A DNA stretch of 64,000 nucleotides from a virus. Positions 55,775 through 64,000 of this stretch are shown here, piece by piece. The stretch is from positions 21,152 through 85,151 of IMG/VR virus record IMGVR_UViG_3300038417_000475. One strand, 5' to 3'. The notes beneath the pieces are model-generated. The model searched no databases. It had not been told where the DNA came from and worked only from the letters and a program-made list of their open reading frames with translations. The position numbers and the translations under genes are program-made. Position 1 is the first letter of the stretch. Every line of letters starts with the position of its first letter.

Positions 55775-56293
55775 GAGCCTGCGGCAAAAGCTGCCGGAGC
55801 TGCAAAAGAAGCTGGATGATGCGGAGACTGAGCTTCATGATGCACTGGTCAAGTTATATCCTGAGGGCGCTGTGTTGCAGGTCAGACTCTCTTCGCGAAA
55901 GGCATCAAGCCGCCTTTTACAGGCGGGGAGCCCATGATATTCGGGGGCAAGGATGGATCTATATGAAGCTATTTGGGAGAAAGAAAACGCCCGTAGACTT
56001 ACTGGTCAATCAACTTAGCGAGGAAGAGAAAGCCTTTTTACTCTCGCACAAAGAGTTAGATAGAGGAGTGGACGACTCTCTATTCACTGATGAAGAAAAG
56101 AAGATGCTAGACCTGAACCTTTCCGAACAGGCTGGCAATATATTTGTCGACCTCAGCCCGGCACTCCTGGCAGCCCAGGCCTTGAGTCACCTCCTGCTCC
56201 GTAAACAGGAGCTTGCCGCATTTGGGACATCTCATACCACCTTGGGCCTCCGAATCTCTACGATTCCGAGGGCACGGAGATGGTGAAGAAGGA

Positions 56294-56803
56294 ATGATTA
56301 ACCTGACTCGATGGCTCTGCCAGCTACACCATACCGTGATAGCTTTCGTGTGGGACACGGAGACCACAACGGAGAAGGAGGTGATAGCCAAGGGCGAGAA
56401 TGAATTCAAGAGCAATGCCATTCAACGGCGCTGTGGCATCTGCGAGGGTGTGATTCATGTCGAGACCATAACAACGAAGTACAGCACCGTCAACGAAGCC
56501 ATGCCCGAAATAATCAAGCTCCGGATATCGAACGTCAAGGCAATGATATCGCTTTGCACTGAAAAGAGTGCCGAACCTATCCGGGTGAGGATAACCAAGA
56601 CCGTGAGGCCGGACCTGCCTGATGTTTTCGCGGATAAGCATGTAGCCAACCCGGGTGAAGAGTATGAGGCGGAGTCCAATCGGAACGGTGCGGTGAGTAT
56701 CATCTTTCCGGATGGCTCCAGGCTGGGGGTCAAGCCCGGGGAGTTTGAATTCATCGAGGCACCCGACTGGCTGCGGAAACTCCACTCAGCAAGGTGGAAT
56801 TAA
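56294..56803 (+). CDS. hypothetical protein
   Basis: 'NGAVSI..RLGVKPGEFEFI' phage motif. Confidence 0.6.
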   Translation: MINLTRWLCQLHHTVIAFVWDTETTTEKEVIAKGENEFKSNAIQRRCGICEGVIHVETITTKYSTVNEAMPEIIKLRISNVKAMISLCTEKSAEPIRVRITKTVRPDLPDVFADKHVANPGEEYEAESNRNGAVSIIFPDGSRLGVKPGEFEFIEAPDWLRKLHSARWN

Positions 56804-56818
56804 GTAAAGGAGGGTATT

Positions 56819-57079
56819 ATGCACTGCTGGTTCTGTGACTACAAGCCACCCAGAAAGGCCCCGAGGGGTGTTATCTTTAAGCATATGTGGGGCGAACACC
56901 ACGACGAGATGATCAAGAAAACAAGGAGTATGAGGCGACCGGAAGAGCCAGCCACCTTGCCCAAGGAACAACCTCGCCACAAGGGCTTTGAGTGGTTTTT
57001 GTTCAGGCGAACCGGGGAGCAGACTCCTGGCGGGCACATTTCTGACTTTACCCTTTTTGGCTTTTCTGTCCACTGGTAG
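56819..57079 (+). CDS. C2H2 Zn-finger protein
   Basis: CWFC..H...H. Confidence 0.55.
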   Translation: MHCWFCDYKPPRKAPRGVIFKHMWGEHHDEMIKKTRSMRRPEEPATLPKEQPRHKGFEWFLFRRTGEQTPGGHISDFTLFGFSVHW

Positions 57080-57194
57080 GAGCATCAATGAATACACCGA
57101 AGGCCCCCAACAGAGGACATCCTGGATAACCAGAGCGGCCTATTTCTGGAAGTATTTCGTCGATCAGAAAGCCCCGCAAACATGAGGAGGTGGC

Positions 57195-57359
57195 ATGAAA
57201 AAGCAGAGAGAGATGATGCCTGTACTGGAGGACTTGCTTAACCTTCACCCTACATGGTCTGCGTCGCAGATAGCGGCGGAGGCCTCCCGGGTTATTGCGG
57301 AGCCAGCGTCGCGGAAGAAACCAGCACGACTGAGCCGCCTGAAGAGAAAGTATGGCTGA
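57195..57359 (+). CDS. small basic protein (54 aa, not in ORF track)
   Basis: SD GAGGAGG; shares 'HPTWSASQI' with 10276-11349. Confidence 0.55.
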   Translation: MKKQREMMPVLEDLLNLHPTWSASQIAAEASRVIAEPASRKKPARLSRLKRKYG

Positions 57360-57705
57360 CTGCAAACTCCTGGGCTGTATGTTGGACGGAGGGACCTGCT
57401 CTGGTGATTCGAAAACTTGCCGGCAGCAGAATAAGTTAGCGTTGAAACAAACCCCCGCCAGCTCTTACCGGAAGAGAACGACGAGGCGCAAAGTAGCGAC
57501 TAGAGAGGAACTGACTGATATCGCCCGTGATATCCACGGCCAGGTCTTCCAGAGGGGTTCAGATGTCATGGTAGCCTTTGGGTACTCACCGAGATCGGCC
57601 ATGATGGATACGAACCTCGAGCTCTGGGGACTTGTGGAGTACACCGAGGGGGAGGGCTATCGCATAAATGGGTTTCCGTCTGGAAAGGATTGGGGAGAAA
57701 AATGA
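57352..57705 (+). CDS. hypothetical protein
   Basis: operon context. Confidence 0.5.
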   Translation: MADCKLLGCMLDGGTCSGDSKTCRQQNKLALKQTPASSYRKRTTRRKVATREELTDIARDIHGQVFQRGSDVMVAFGYSPRSAMMDTNLELWGLVEYTEGEGYRINGFPSGKDWGEK

Positions 57706-58091
57706 GGGCTTTATCCTTCTCGAGACCCTGGGACATGGTGATTCTGCACCCTCCGTTCAAGAATGTCGAGAATCGGAAATGGCCGACGAAGTACAGGGGC
57801 CGTATCCATGTCCACCGGGCGAAGTCTTGGGACCAGCGCGGATTTGAATGGCTGTGGAAATACCGCCAGGCTCTCCATATTGACGAGTCTGTGTTCCCGG
57901 AGATGCTTTTACTGAAAGTCCCTGTTTGCCAGGGTGAGCTTGTTGGTGAAGTTGACATAGTGGACTGCATATCCGAGAGCAGCAGCCCCTGGTTCTTCGG
58001 TCCTTATGGCCTGGTTCTCTCCGATCCGTTTGCCTATGAAAAGGTGATCCCCTACAGGGGGGCCTTGGGGTTGTTTGAGGTCCATCTATGA
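57702..58091 (+). CDS. ASCH domain protein
   Basis: 'ALSFSRPW..KNVENR.W..YRG.I.VH..G.LGLF'. Confidence 0.9.
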   Translation: MRALSFSRPWDMVILHPPFKNVENRKWPTKYRGRIHVHRAKSWDQRGFEWLWKYRQALHIDESVFPEMLLLKVPVCQGELVGEVDIVDCISESSSPWFFGPYGLVLSDPFAYEKVIPYRGALGLFEVHL

Positions 58092-58417
58092 AGTGCGACT
58101 GGTGTGAAACAGAGCACCCTCCTGAATTTCGTGGTCAGAGCAGGGATGAAGCCCAGTTCCTCGAGAGGATAAAGGAATTTGGGCTAGTGCACGTTTATAT
58201 ATCAAAGACCACGGGGCGCTGTCATTGCGGGGAAGAACTTGAGATCTACATTCTGCCTATCGCAGGCCCGGCTCACCCCCGGACGCCAGTGGTTGGCCAT
58301 AAGGGCCAGGGGTGTATTGGTCCCTGGACTCATAATGTTGGTCTTATGAAGGGGCATGGTCTGGAAGCTAAACCCTTGCCTTGTGAAGATGCTTATTGTA
58401 ATCAGGTGTGGAGCTGA
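58088..58417 (+). CDS. Cys-rich hypothetical protein
   Basis: ATGA-coupled. Confidence 0.5.
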   Translation: MKCDWCETEHPPEFRGQSRDEAQFLERIKEFGLVHVYISKTTGRCHCGEELEIYILPIAGPAHPRTPVVGHKGQGCIGPWTHNVGLMKGHGLEAKPLPCEDAYCNQVWS

Positions 58418-58426
58418 GGAGGTAAT

Positions 58427-58873
58427 GTGATCACGCTGAAACCTGTCGATCGAGATAACTGGAGTGAGTGCATACGCTTAAAGGTGAATGACTACCAACG
58501 CCCGTTTCTGTCATCGAACCTCTATTCGCTGGCCCAAGCCAAGGTAGAGCCCTGGTGGAGGCCTATGTGTATCTATATTGAGGAGGGGAAAGCAGGGCCA
58601 CTGATGGTGGGATTTCTCATGTGGGGATTTGATGAGGCTGATTACAAATTGTGGTGGAACAGGTGGATGATAGACGTGAGGTTTCAGGGGAAAGGGTATG
58701 GCAGGTTGGCTGGAGAGGCATTGATAAACCTGCTGGGAAGAACTGCCGATATCTACGGCGCATGCCACCTTGGTAACCCGATCGCCAAGAAGATGCTGAC
58801 TGGTCTTGGTTTCGTCCCCACTGGCCGGATGATTGACGAGAATGAAGAAGAGCTTGTGTTGAAAAGACTTTAG
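58427..58873 (+). CDS. GNAT acetyltransferase (spermidine N-acetyltransferase-like)
   Basis: 'MIDVRFQGKGYG', 'N..A....GLGF'. Confidence 0.88.
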   Translation: MITLKPVDRDNWSECIRLKVNDYQRPFLSSNLYSLAQAKVEPWWRPMCIYIEEGKAGPLMVGFLMWGFDEADYKLWWNRWMIDVRFQGKGYGRLAGEALINLLGRTADIYGACHLGNPIAKKMLTGLGFVPTGRMIDENEEELVLKRL

Positions 58874-58876
58874 ACT

Positions 58877-59116
58877 ATGGCTTATACCACAGTTTTCCCC
58901 ATCGACCCAGATATCCAGGAAGCAGCCGAGATCTTCGATCGCTGCTGTCTTGAAAATGGGCCCAAGAATTACCTTAAAGAGTGCCCTCTGGCCAAGCAGT
59001 GTCAGAAGTGGTGGGATAAATTGCAAGAAGAGAGGGTCACTAATTTCAAGAAGGAGGATCTGGACGATATCGCCCGGCGCTTCCAGGAAGCAAGAGAAGA
59101 ATGGCTATCAACATAA
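58877..59116 (+). CDS. hypothetical protein
   Basis: operon context. Confidence 0.5.
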   Translation: MAYTTVFPIDPDIQEAAEIFDRCCLENGPKNYLKECPLAKQCQKWWDKLQEERVTNFKKEDLDDIARRFQEAREEWLST

Positions 59117-59386
59117 CGCAGTGGCTCTGCCCGCAGCGAACAAGCAAATCTGACTGCCATGAGAATGTTACAGAATAGGAATTGAGGTGACTATGTGGCG
59201 TGTTCGTCTTTGGTTTTTCCATTTCTGCTTCAAGGATATCGTCAGGTGCAGGGAGTGCTCCCGATGCCGTGATACCCCTGAGAACAAGGTCTTTCCTATT
59301 GCTCAACATACGATATGCGAACATTATGGGTGCATCGTCGACAGTGATGCGTTGAAATGGTGTATCGGTTTCAAAGGGAAGGCTTG

Positions 59387-60205
59387 ATGAATTGGCCCCC
59401 GACTGCCCTGGATATCAAGGGAGCTTTGGCAAGGCATCATACCAAGGATGTGTTCGTCGATGAGTGCAAGAATGGCCCCACTTGGTCAAGCACTGGCCTG
59501 GCGCTGCTCGATGCTTGGGCCTTGCTCCGCACATGGTCACCTTTGACCGCCATCGGGTATGAAGTTAAGGTAAGCCGGGCGGATTTTGAGAAAGACCAAA
59601 AATGGCCTCAGTATTTGCCTTTATGCCATGCGTTCTATTTCGTCAGCCCACCAAGCATTATCAAATCAGTAGACCTGCCGAAGGGAATCGGATTGAAATA
59701 TATCACCAAATCGGGCACGATCCACACCAAGTTGAGAGCGGAAAGGCATGAGCCAGATGCAGAAAAATTCACGCTCTTACTTTGCTATGTAGTCATGTGC
59801 CGCACTCAGATAGTCAAAGATACCATGAAGGCTCCTACACCAGATAGGCTGACCCTAATCAGAACGTGGGTTGAAGACGCTGACCGTCGCAAGGAACTAG
59901 CTCCAGTTGTCTCTAAGCACCTACAAGAGCGGTTTGCGGAGATGCAGAAAGAAGTTTTGGAAGCCAGGAATATGAAGAGCCAGGCACAGCGATTTGCTGA
60001 AGAACTGGCGATGCTGGGTATCACCTGGAATCCGAATGACAATACGTGGTCACATAATAGCGAGGTATCGCAGCAGATCAGACAGTTGAGAGCGGACACT
60101 ATGGACATTTGGGACTTGCAGGGTATAGCAAGCCTTGGGAGGCACATGGCTGAATTTGCAACCAGGATGATCGAACTGAGGGAGAAACTCAAATCTGAGG
60201 TATAG
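59387..60205 (+). CDS. MmcB-like PD-(D/E)xK protein
   Basis: 'DAWA..GYEVKVSRADF..KW..Y..CHAFYFVSP'. Confidence 0.8.
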   Translation: MNWPPTALDIKGALARHHTKDVFVDECKNGPTWSSTGLALLDAWALLRTWSPLTAIGYEVKVSRADFEKDQKWPQYLPLCHAFYFVSPPSIIKSVDLPKGIGLKYITKSGTIHTKLRAERHEPDAEKFTLLLCYVVMCRTQIVKDTMKAPTPDRLTLIRTWVEDADRRKELAPVVSKHLQERFAEMQKEVLEARNMKSQAQRFAEELAMLGITWNPNDNTWSHNSEVSQQIRQLRADTMDIWDLQGIASLGRHMAEFATRMIELREKLKSEV

Positions 60206-60215
60206 AGGGAGAATT

Positions 60216-60422
60216 ATGCCAATTATTCAATGCGCATGCGGGAAAAAGGATTGTGATACAGCTATCAAAATCGGCGATACTTCAGACAAATCGCATCCCT
60301 CGATCTGGCTGAGAGACAAAACTGGGCAAGAAACCCTGATGTATCTGGATGCAAATGCTGTAACCCAGTGCATCAGAGAATTCACTCGTATGCTGAAGGA
60401 GATGACGATTCCGGATGAGTAA
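60216..60422 (+). CDS. hypothetical protein
   Basis: SD, CAC...C. Confidence 0.55.
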   Translation: MPIIQCACGKKDCDTAIKIGDTSDKSHPSIWLRDKTGQETLMYLDANAVTQCIREFTRMLKEMTIPDE

Positions 60423-60675
60423 AGTCAGCTGTAGCAAATGCGGCCGGGAGCTGGGGCAGGATAGCTGGAATCCGCAGCTCTTTCTCCTCTTCTGTGAGGA
60501 TCCGTCCTGTATCCTCTTCAAAAGACCGCAGGCAAAGAGGTATAAGGACCGCAGCGGAAACCCTAGCGACCCGCCAAAGGCAAGCCAGTGGCTTCTCAGT
60601 TCAGGCGTGAGTCTGGTGGAACGGAACAATAAGTATGTCTGGATCCCTACCCGTTTTCTAAGGCGTACAGAATGA
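60415..60675 (+). CDS. Zn-ribbon protein
   Basis: CSKC..C....C. Confidence 0.5.
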   Translation: MSKVSCSKCGRELGQDSWNPQLFLLFCEDPSCILFKRPQAKRYKDRSGNPSDPPKASQWLLSSGVSLVERNNKYVWIPTRFLRRTE

Positions 60676-61328
60676 CTGTGGCCATCATTGAAGGCGTTCT
60701 CTGCCCGGTCTGTCAGAAGGAAACCTTCCAGCTTTTCGATCGGGAAGCACGCCTGTCTCCAGAGACGACTGTGAGGCTGAAGTGTTGCCGGCGCTGCGCC
60801 AACCGGATCGATTTCGAGAACGAAGAGGAGATCAGGCAAAAGGTGCTCGAAGGTATGACCAAAGCCGAGAGGCGGCTGGCCCGGAAGGAAGATTCCTACA
60901 GGTGGGCGGAGTCTCTTTATGGGAAAAGTGTTGTGGTTTATTATGATGCCAGCGACGGACGGGGTGGCTGGGAGAAGACCGGATGCCAGGTGAAAGGTCG
61001 CGCTTTCCGTGTGTCCAACGTCTGCGGTGGCTGGGGATGCGTGTCGGTGCTTCTGGATGAGAATGAATGGTCGCGGCTCAGCGTTTACCGCCAGGACATA
61101 TGGGGGATACACGGAAAGAAAGTAGTGGATGTGGCGATCATCGACGGGGTGCGATGGGCGCTGGATCTTCACCCATATATGGATGTGAAGCGGGATACCC
61201 GGTGGGAAATCCCTCAGAATGTCCATTTCTACGTGTCCTGGGGAGAGCGTGGCCGCTTCCAGGTTGAAGCGCAGGAAGGGCCGGCGATGCTGCCACCAAA
61301 GGGGTGGCTGGTCCCTGAATTGAGGTAA
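60672..61328 (+). CDS. hypothetical Zn-finger protein
   Basis: CPVC..CRRC. Confidence 0.6.
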   Translation: MTVAIIEGVLCPVCQKETFQLFDREARLSPETTVRLKCCRRCANRIDFENEEEIRQKVLEGMTKAERRLARKEDSYRWAESLYGKSVVVYYDASDGRGGWEKTGCQVKGRAFRVSNVCGGWGCVSVLLDENEWSRLSVYRQDIWGIHGKKVVDVAIIDGVRWALDLHPYMDVKRDTRWEIPQNVHFYVSWGERGRFQVEAQEGPAMLPPKGWLVPELR

Positions 61329-61330
61329 AG

Positions 61331-62077
61331 ATGAATGACACCAATATCGAATATGCAGAGAAGACGCTCAATCCCCTAACGGGTTGTCTCCGGCGCTGTC
61401 CATACTGCTACGGCTGGAAGCTGGCGAATGGCCGGCTGAAAAAGCTGTACCTGGCGAACAAAAGGGTCATCGCCGGGGATCCGGGCGACCCGTATGCCAT
61501 CCGCTGGTGGCCCGAAAGACTGGAGGAGATCAAGCATCTCAAGAAACCCACCAGGATCTTTCTCTGCAATATGTCGGACCTGTTCGGGCACGGTGTGCCT
61601 CCGGCGCACATTTTGACTATCCTGGATGTTGTAAGGGCTGCAAAACAACATACTTTCATCCTCTTGACTAAATGTGGCTATAACCTGGTGGAGTATTCCC
61701 CATTTCCGCCGAACTCCTGGGTCGGTATGACAGCCACCAACCGGAAGGAGTATTCCAATGCCATTCACTACTTGAATTTTGTCCAAGCCGGGGTTAAATT
61801 CATCAGCTTCGAGCCCCTCTTGGAGGAAGTCGGAGTTCTTTCAGGTGACTTCCTGTCTCACAACATCCGGTGGGCAGTCATAGGCGCCCAGACCAACCCC
61901 ACAGTCCGTCCGAGCAACAAAGCCATGCAGGAGATCCTGGTGGCAGCCAAGAGAGCGGGGGCCGCTGTCTTCTGTAAGGACAACCTAGCCCGGAAAGCCA
62001 GCGAAAGGGCAGCATTACCCATGTTATGCAGAGAGAGGCGGTGCAGTTTGATTCTAAGGCAGGAGTATCCGCTGTGA
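61331..62077 (+). CDS. DUF5131 (phage Gp37/Gp68) radical-SAM-like protein
   Basis: 'TNIEY..NPLTGCLRRCPYCY', 'MSDLF', 'LTK', 'FISFEPLL'. Confidence 0.88.
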   Translation: MNDTNIEYAEKTLNPLTGCLRRCPYCYGWKLANGRLKKLYLANKRVIAGDPGDPYAIRWWPERLEEIKHLKKPTRIFLCNMSDLFGHGVPPAHILTILDVVRAAKQHTFILLTKCGYNLVEYSPFPPNSWVGMTATNRKEYSNAIHYLNFVQAGVKFISFEPLLEEVGVLSGDFLSHNIRWAVIGAQTNPTVRPSNKAMQEILVAAKRAGAAVFCKDNLARKASERAALPMLCRERRCSLILRQEYPL

Positions 62078-62117
62078 TTGACCTTCGTGCTAAAATGAGG
62101 CAGCTTCTCAGAGAAGT

Positions 62118-62738
62118 ATGCCAGACCAGACGAAGTGCCCCAATTCACCCACTGGTGCGCATCACTTCATCTGTGACCCTAACCCGGGAGCCACCTCAAA
62201 AGGGGTCTGCAAATACTGTGATGCCCGAGACGAATTCCTTAATTCCTGGACTGTGCAGGCTGTGGCACTCCATGGAGAGGAGGAAGACATGGCATTGACT
62301 GCCGACCAGAAAGCGGAGAGACACCAGTTTTATGAAGAAAACAGAGAGCTGATTCTTGAGTGTTATCAGGAGGCCGGGGGCAGCATATCGCAGGCGGCGA
62401 AGCTCTGCACTCTGAGACTTGGCCAGCCCATGCCGCCTACCAGCCTGAATGACTTGATAAAGAAGAGATGGAAAATCCCCAAGCCCAGAAAGAAGAAAAG
62501 AGGCCGCAGAGTGGAGGTTGAGTCTACTACTGTTGAGGAACATGAGGAACACAGGGAGCAAGGGCTGGACCTGATATTCCCGTATCCAGAGAGAGAGGTG
62601 GCTCCGGTTCTCAGGGGCAAGGTTACAAGCATGCAGGCGATAGGTAAGAAGATCACAGCGACGCTCGAAGTGCCGGCGGGGGATATGGAGCAGCTCCACA
62701 TGGGCGGCATCATCTTCTTCTACGAGAAACAACCATAG
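62118..62738 (+). CDS. hypothetical protein with Zn finger and HTH
   Basis: 'AHHF..GVCKYC..F.NS'. Confidence 0.6.
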   Translation: MPDQTKCPNSPTGAHHFICDPNPGATSKGVCKYCDARDEFLNSWTVQAVALHGEEEDMALTADQKAERHQFYEENRELILECYQEAGGSISQAAKLCTLRLGQPMPPTSLNDLIKKRWKIPKPRKKKRGRRVEVESTTVEEHEEHREQGLDLIFPYPEREVAPVLRGKVTSMQAIGKKITATLEVPAGDMEQLHMGGIIFFYEKQP

Positions 62739-63430
62739 ATACTAAACAGTGTAGCAAATGTGGGAAGAGAAAAACGACCTCTGATTTCCACAGGAAATCT
62801 AAGGCAAGTGATGGATTTCAAAGTCGGTGTAAAGCCTGTATACATTTAGATTCTGCTGCTTATTATGCTAGGAATAAAAATCGACAAAAGGTAGCATCAC
62901 ACGAATGGTATGTTGAGCACACTGAATATTGGAAAGCTCAGGTGGCCGCTTGGCAAAAGGCTCATCGGGGTCTGGTTAACTCATCTTCTAATCGACGGAG
63001 GAAACTCTGGCGCAAAGAGCATCCCGATGAGGTAAAAAGACAAGACCATGACCGTTATCAAAGAAATTCTGAAAAGCAAAGGCGTTGGAGCCGGATATGG
63101 TATAGAACTCACCCGGAAATGGTCAAGAGACAGCGCGAGAAATGGTATGCCAATCACCAAGATGAGTGCAGAGACAGGAATGCCCGAAGACGTGCCGAGA
63201 AGAAGGCTGTTACTGTTGAGGTGTTTACCAGAGCAGAGATTTTTGAACGTGACAAAGGGAGATGTCACCTTTGCGGGAGGAAGGTAAAGCCTAACAACTG
63301 GCATCTCGACCACCTTCTCCCACTATCAAAGGATGGTAAACACAGCAAAGACAATGTAGCGGTTAGTTGTTCCCAATGCAATCTAAAGAAGCATAATATG
63401 GGTCAATCTCAATTAAGGTTAATCGGATGA
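62735..63430 (+). CDS. HNH endonuclease (probable ATA start, longer than track ORF)
   Basis: frame open from 'TKQCSKCG..DG..SRCKAC' to 'CHLC..HLDH..H...N...CSQCN..K'. Confidence 0.8.
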   Translation: MDTKQCSKCGKRKTTSDFHRKSKASDGFQSRCKACIHLDSAAYYARNKNRQKVASHEWYVEHTEYWKAQVAAWQKAHRGLVNSSSNRRRKLWRKEHPDEVKRQDHDRYQRNSEKQRRWSRIWYRTHPEMVKRQREKWYANHQDECRDRNARRRAEKKAVTVEVFTRAEIFERDKGRCHLCGRKVKPNNWHLDHLLPLSKDGKHSKDNVAVSCSQCNLKKHNMGQSQLRLIG

Positions 63431-64000
63431 ATGAGGGTCACATTCGGGTATTCCCAAGAAGGACCCGCCTCACACCTATAGATGAATGGGCATTTATTGG
63501 TGAGCCTCCCTTGTTTCGTCCTCCATTTGATCAAGCTGTTGACATCTCCGTGAGTGCAGTATTTACTTGGGATATTGAAGTGGCGAAATGGTTGAAGGAT
63601 GCGTGGGGCCAGTACTACCCCAAGGTCCGTATCGGGGGCCCCGCGATATCGGGGCCTGATGGTGACTTCACCCCTGGCCTTTATGTCAAGCGGGGTATCA
63701 ACTTCACCAGCCGGGGCTGCAATAACCGCTGCCCCTGGTGCCTTGTCCCGAAGATGGAGGGGAAGATCAGGCTCCTCAAAATTCAGCCGGGCAATGTCAT
63801 CCAGGATAACAATTTCCTTCAGACCGGGAGGGACCACATGGCCCGGGTGTTTGAGATGCTCAGGCATGAGCGGTACCCTGCCAGGTTTGCCGGCGGGCTG
63901 GATCCCGAGTTGGTCGATGATTGGGTCGCCGAGGAGCTGCGGTCGCTGCGGATAGACGAGGTATTTCTCTCCGCGGATTCCTACGCCGGGCTTCAAGGGC
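63427..64000 (+). CDS. radical SAM protein, truncated by window end (not in ORF track)
   Basis: translated by hand: 'IRVFPRRT..VFTWD..IGGPA..FTSRGCNNRCPWC..DNNFL'. Confidence 0.85.
   Translation, partial: MNEGHIRVFPRRTRLTPIDEWAFIGEPPLFRPPFDQAVDISVSAVFTWDIEVAKWLKDAWGQYYPKVRIGGPAISGPDGDFTPGLYVKRGINFTSRGCNNRCPWCLVPKMEGKIRLLKIQPGNVIQDNNFLQTGRDHMARVFEMLRHERYPARFAGGLDPELVDDWVAEELRSLRIDEVFLSADSYAGLQG

Noticed and set aside
60282-61226. 314-aa minus-strand ORF and similar long antisense ORFs (e.g. 1809-2513, 63409-63996)
   Set aside because: They overlap well-supported, coupled plus-strand genes.

Overview
This 64-kb window is a gene-dense bacterial virus or virus-like mobile element with no housekeeping operons. 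Sigma70-type promoters, leaderless starts and the MarR/SCP2 types weakly suggest a Chloroflexota (Dehalococcoidia-like) host. Layout: (1) 0.3-15.4 kb (+): early/accessory genes including Ku, an internally permuted ATP-dependent DNA ligase, a beta-clamp-like protein, a P-loop ATPase, a DUF932-like protein, MarR and structured intergenic RNAs. (2) 15.3-34.3 kb (-): a probable virion/morphogenesis block with small Cys-rich proteins, GH16, initiator tRNA, a glycosyltransferase, spike/beta-helix proteins, candidate major virion proteins and an intein-containing S8 protease; no terminase, portal or tail genes were recognised. (3) 34.3-41.0 kb (-): a lipid/polyketide cluster (Mrp ATPase, SCP2, phytol/dolichol-type kinase, UbiA, type III PKS, SDR). 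(4) 43.7-51.5 kb (-): a replication/recombination block with an iteron-rich origin. (5) 51.6-64 kb (+): a stand-alone RAMP/Cas7-like gene embedded in an array of nine units of 5-nt GGY-NN repeats with a conserved tail (candidate non-CRISPR RNA-guided system), then ParB-like, tyrosine recombinase, ASCH, GNAT, DUF5131, HNH and radical SAM genes. Several single-base frameshifts suggest assembly indels. All family calls come from motif recognition by eye; no searches were run.
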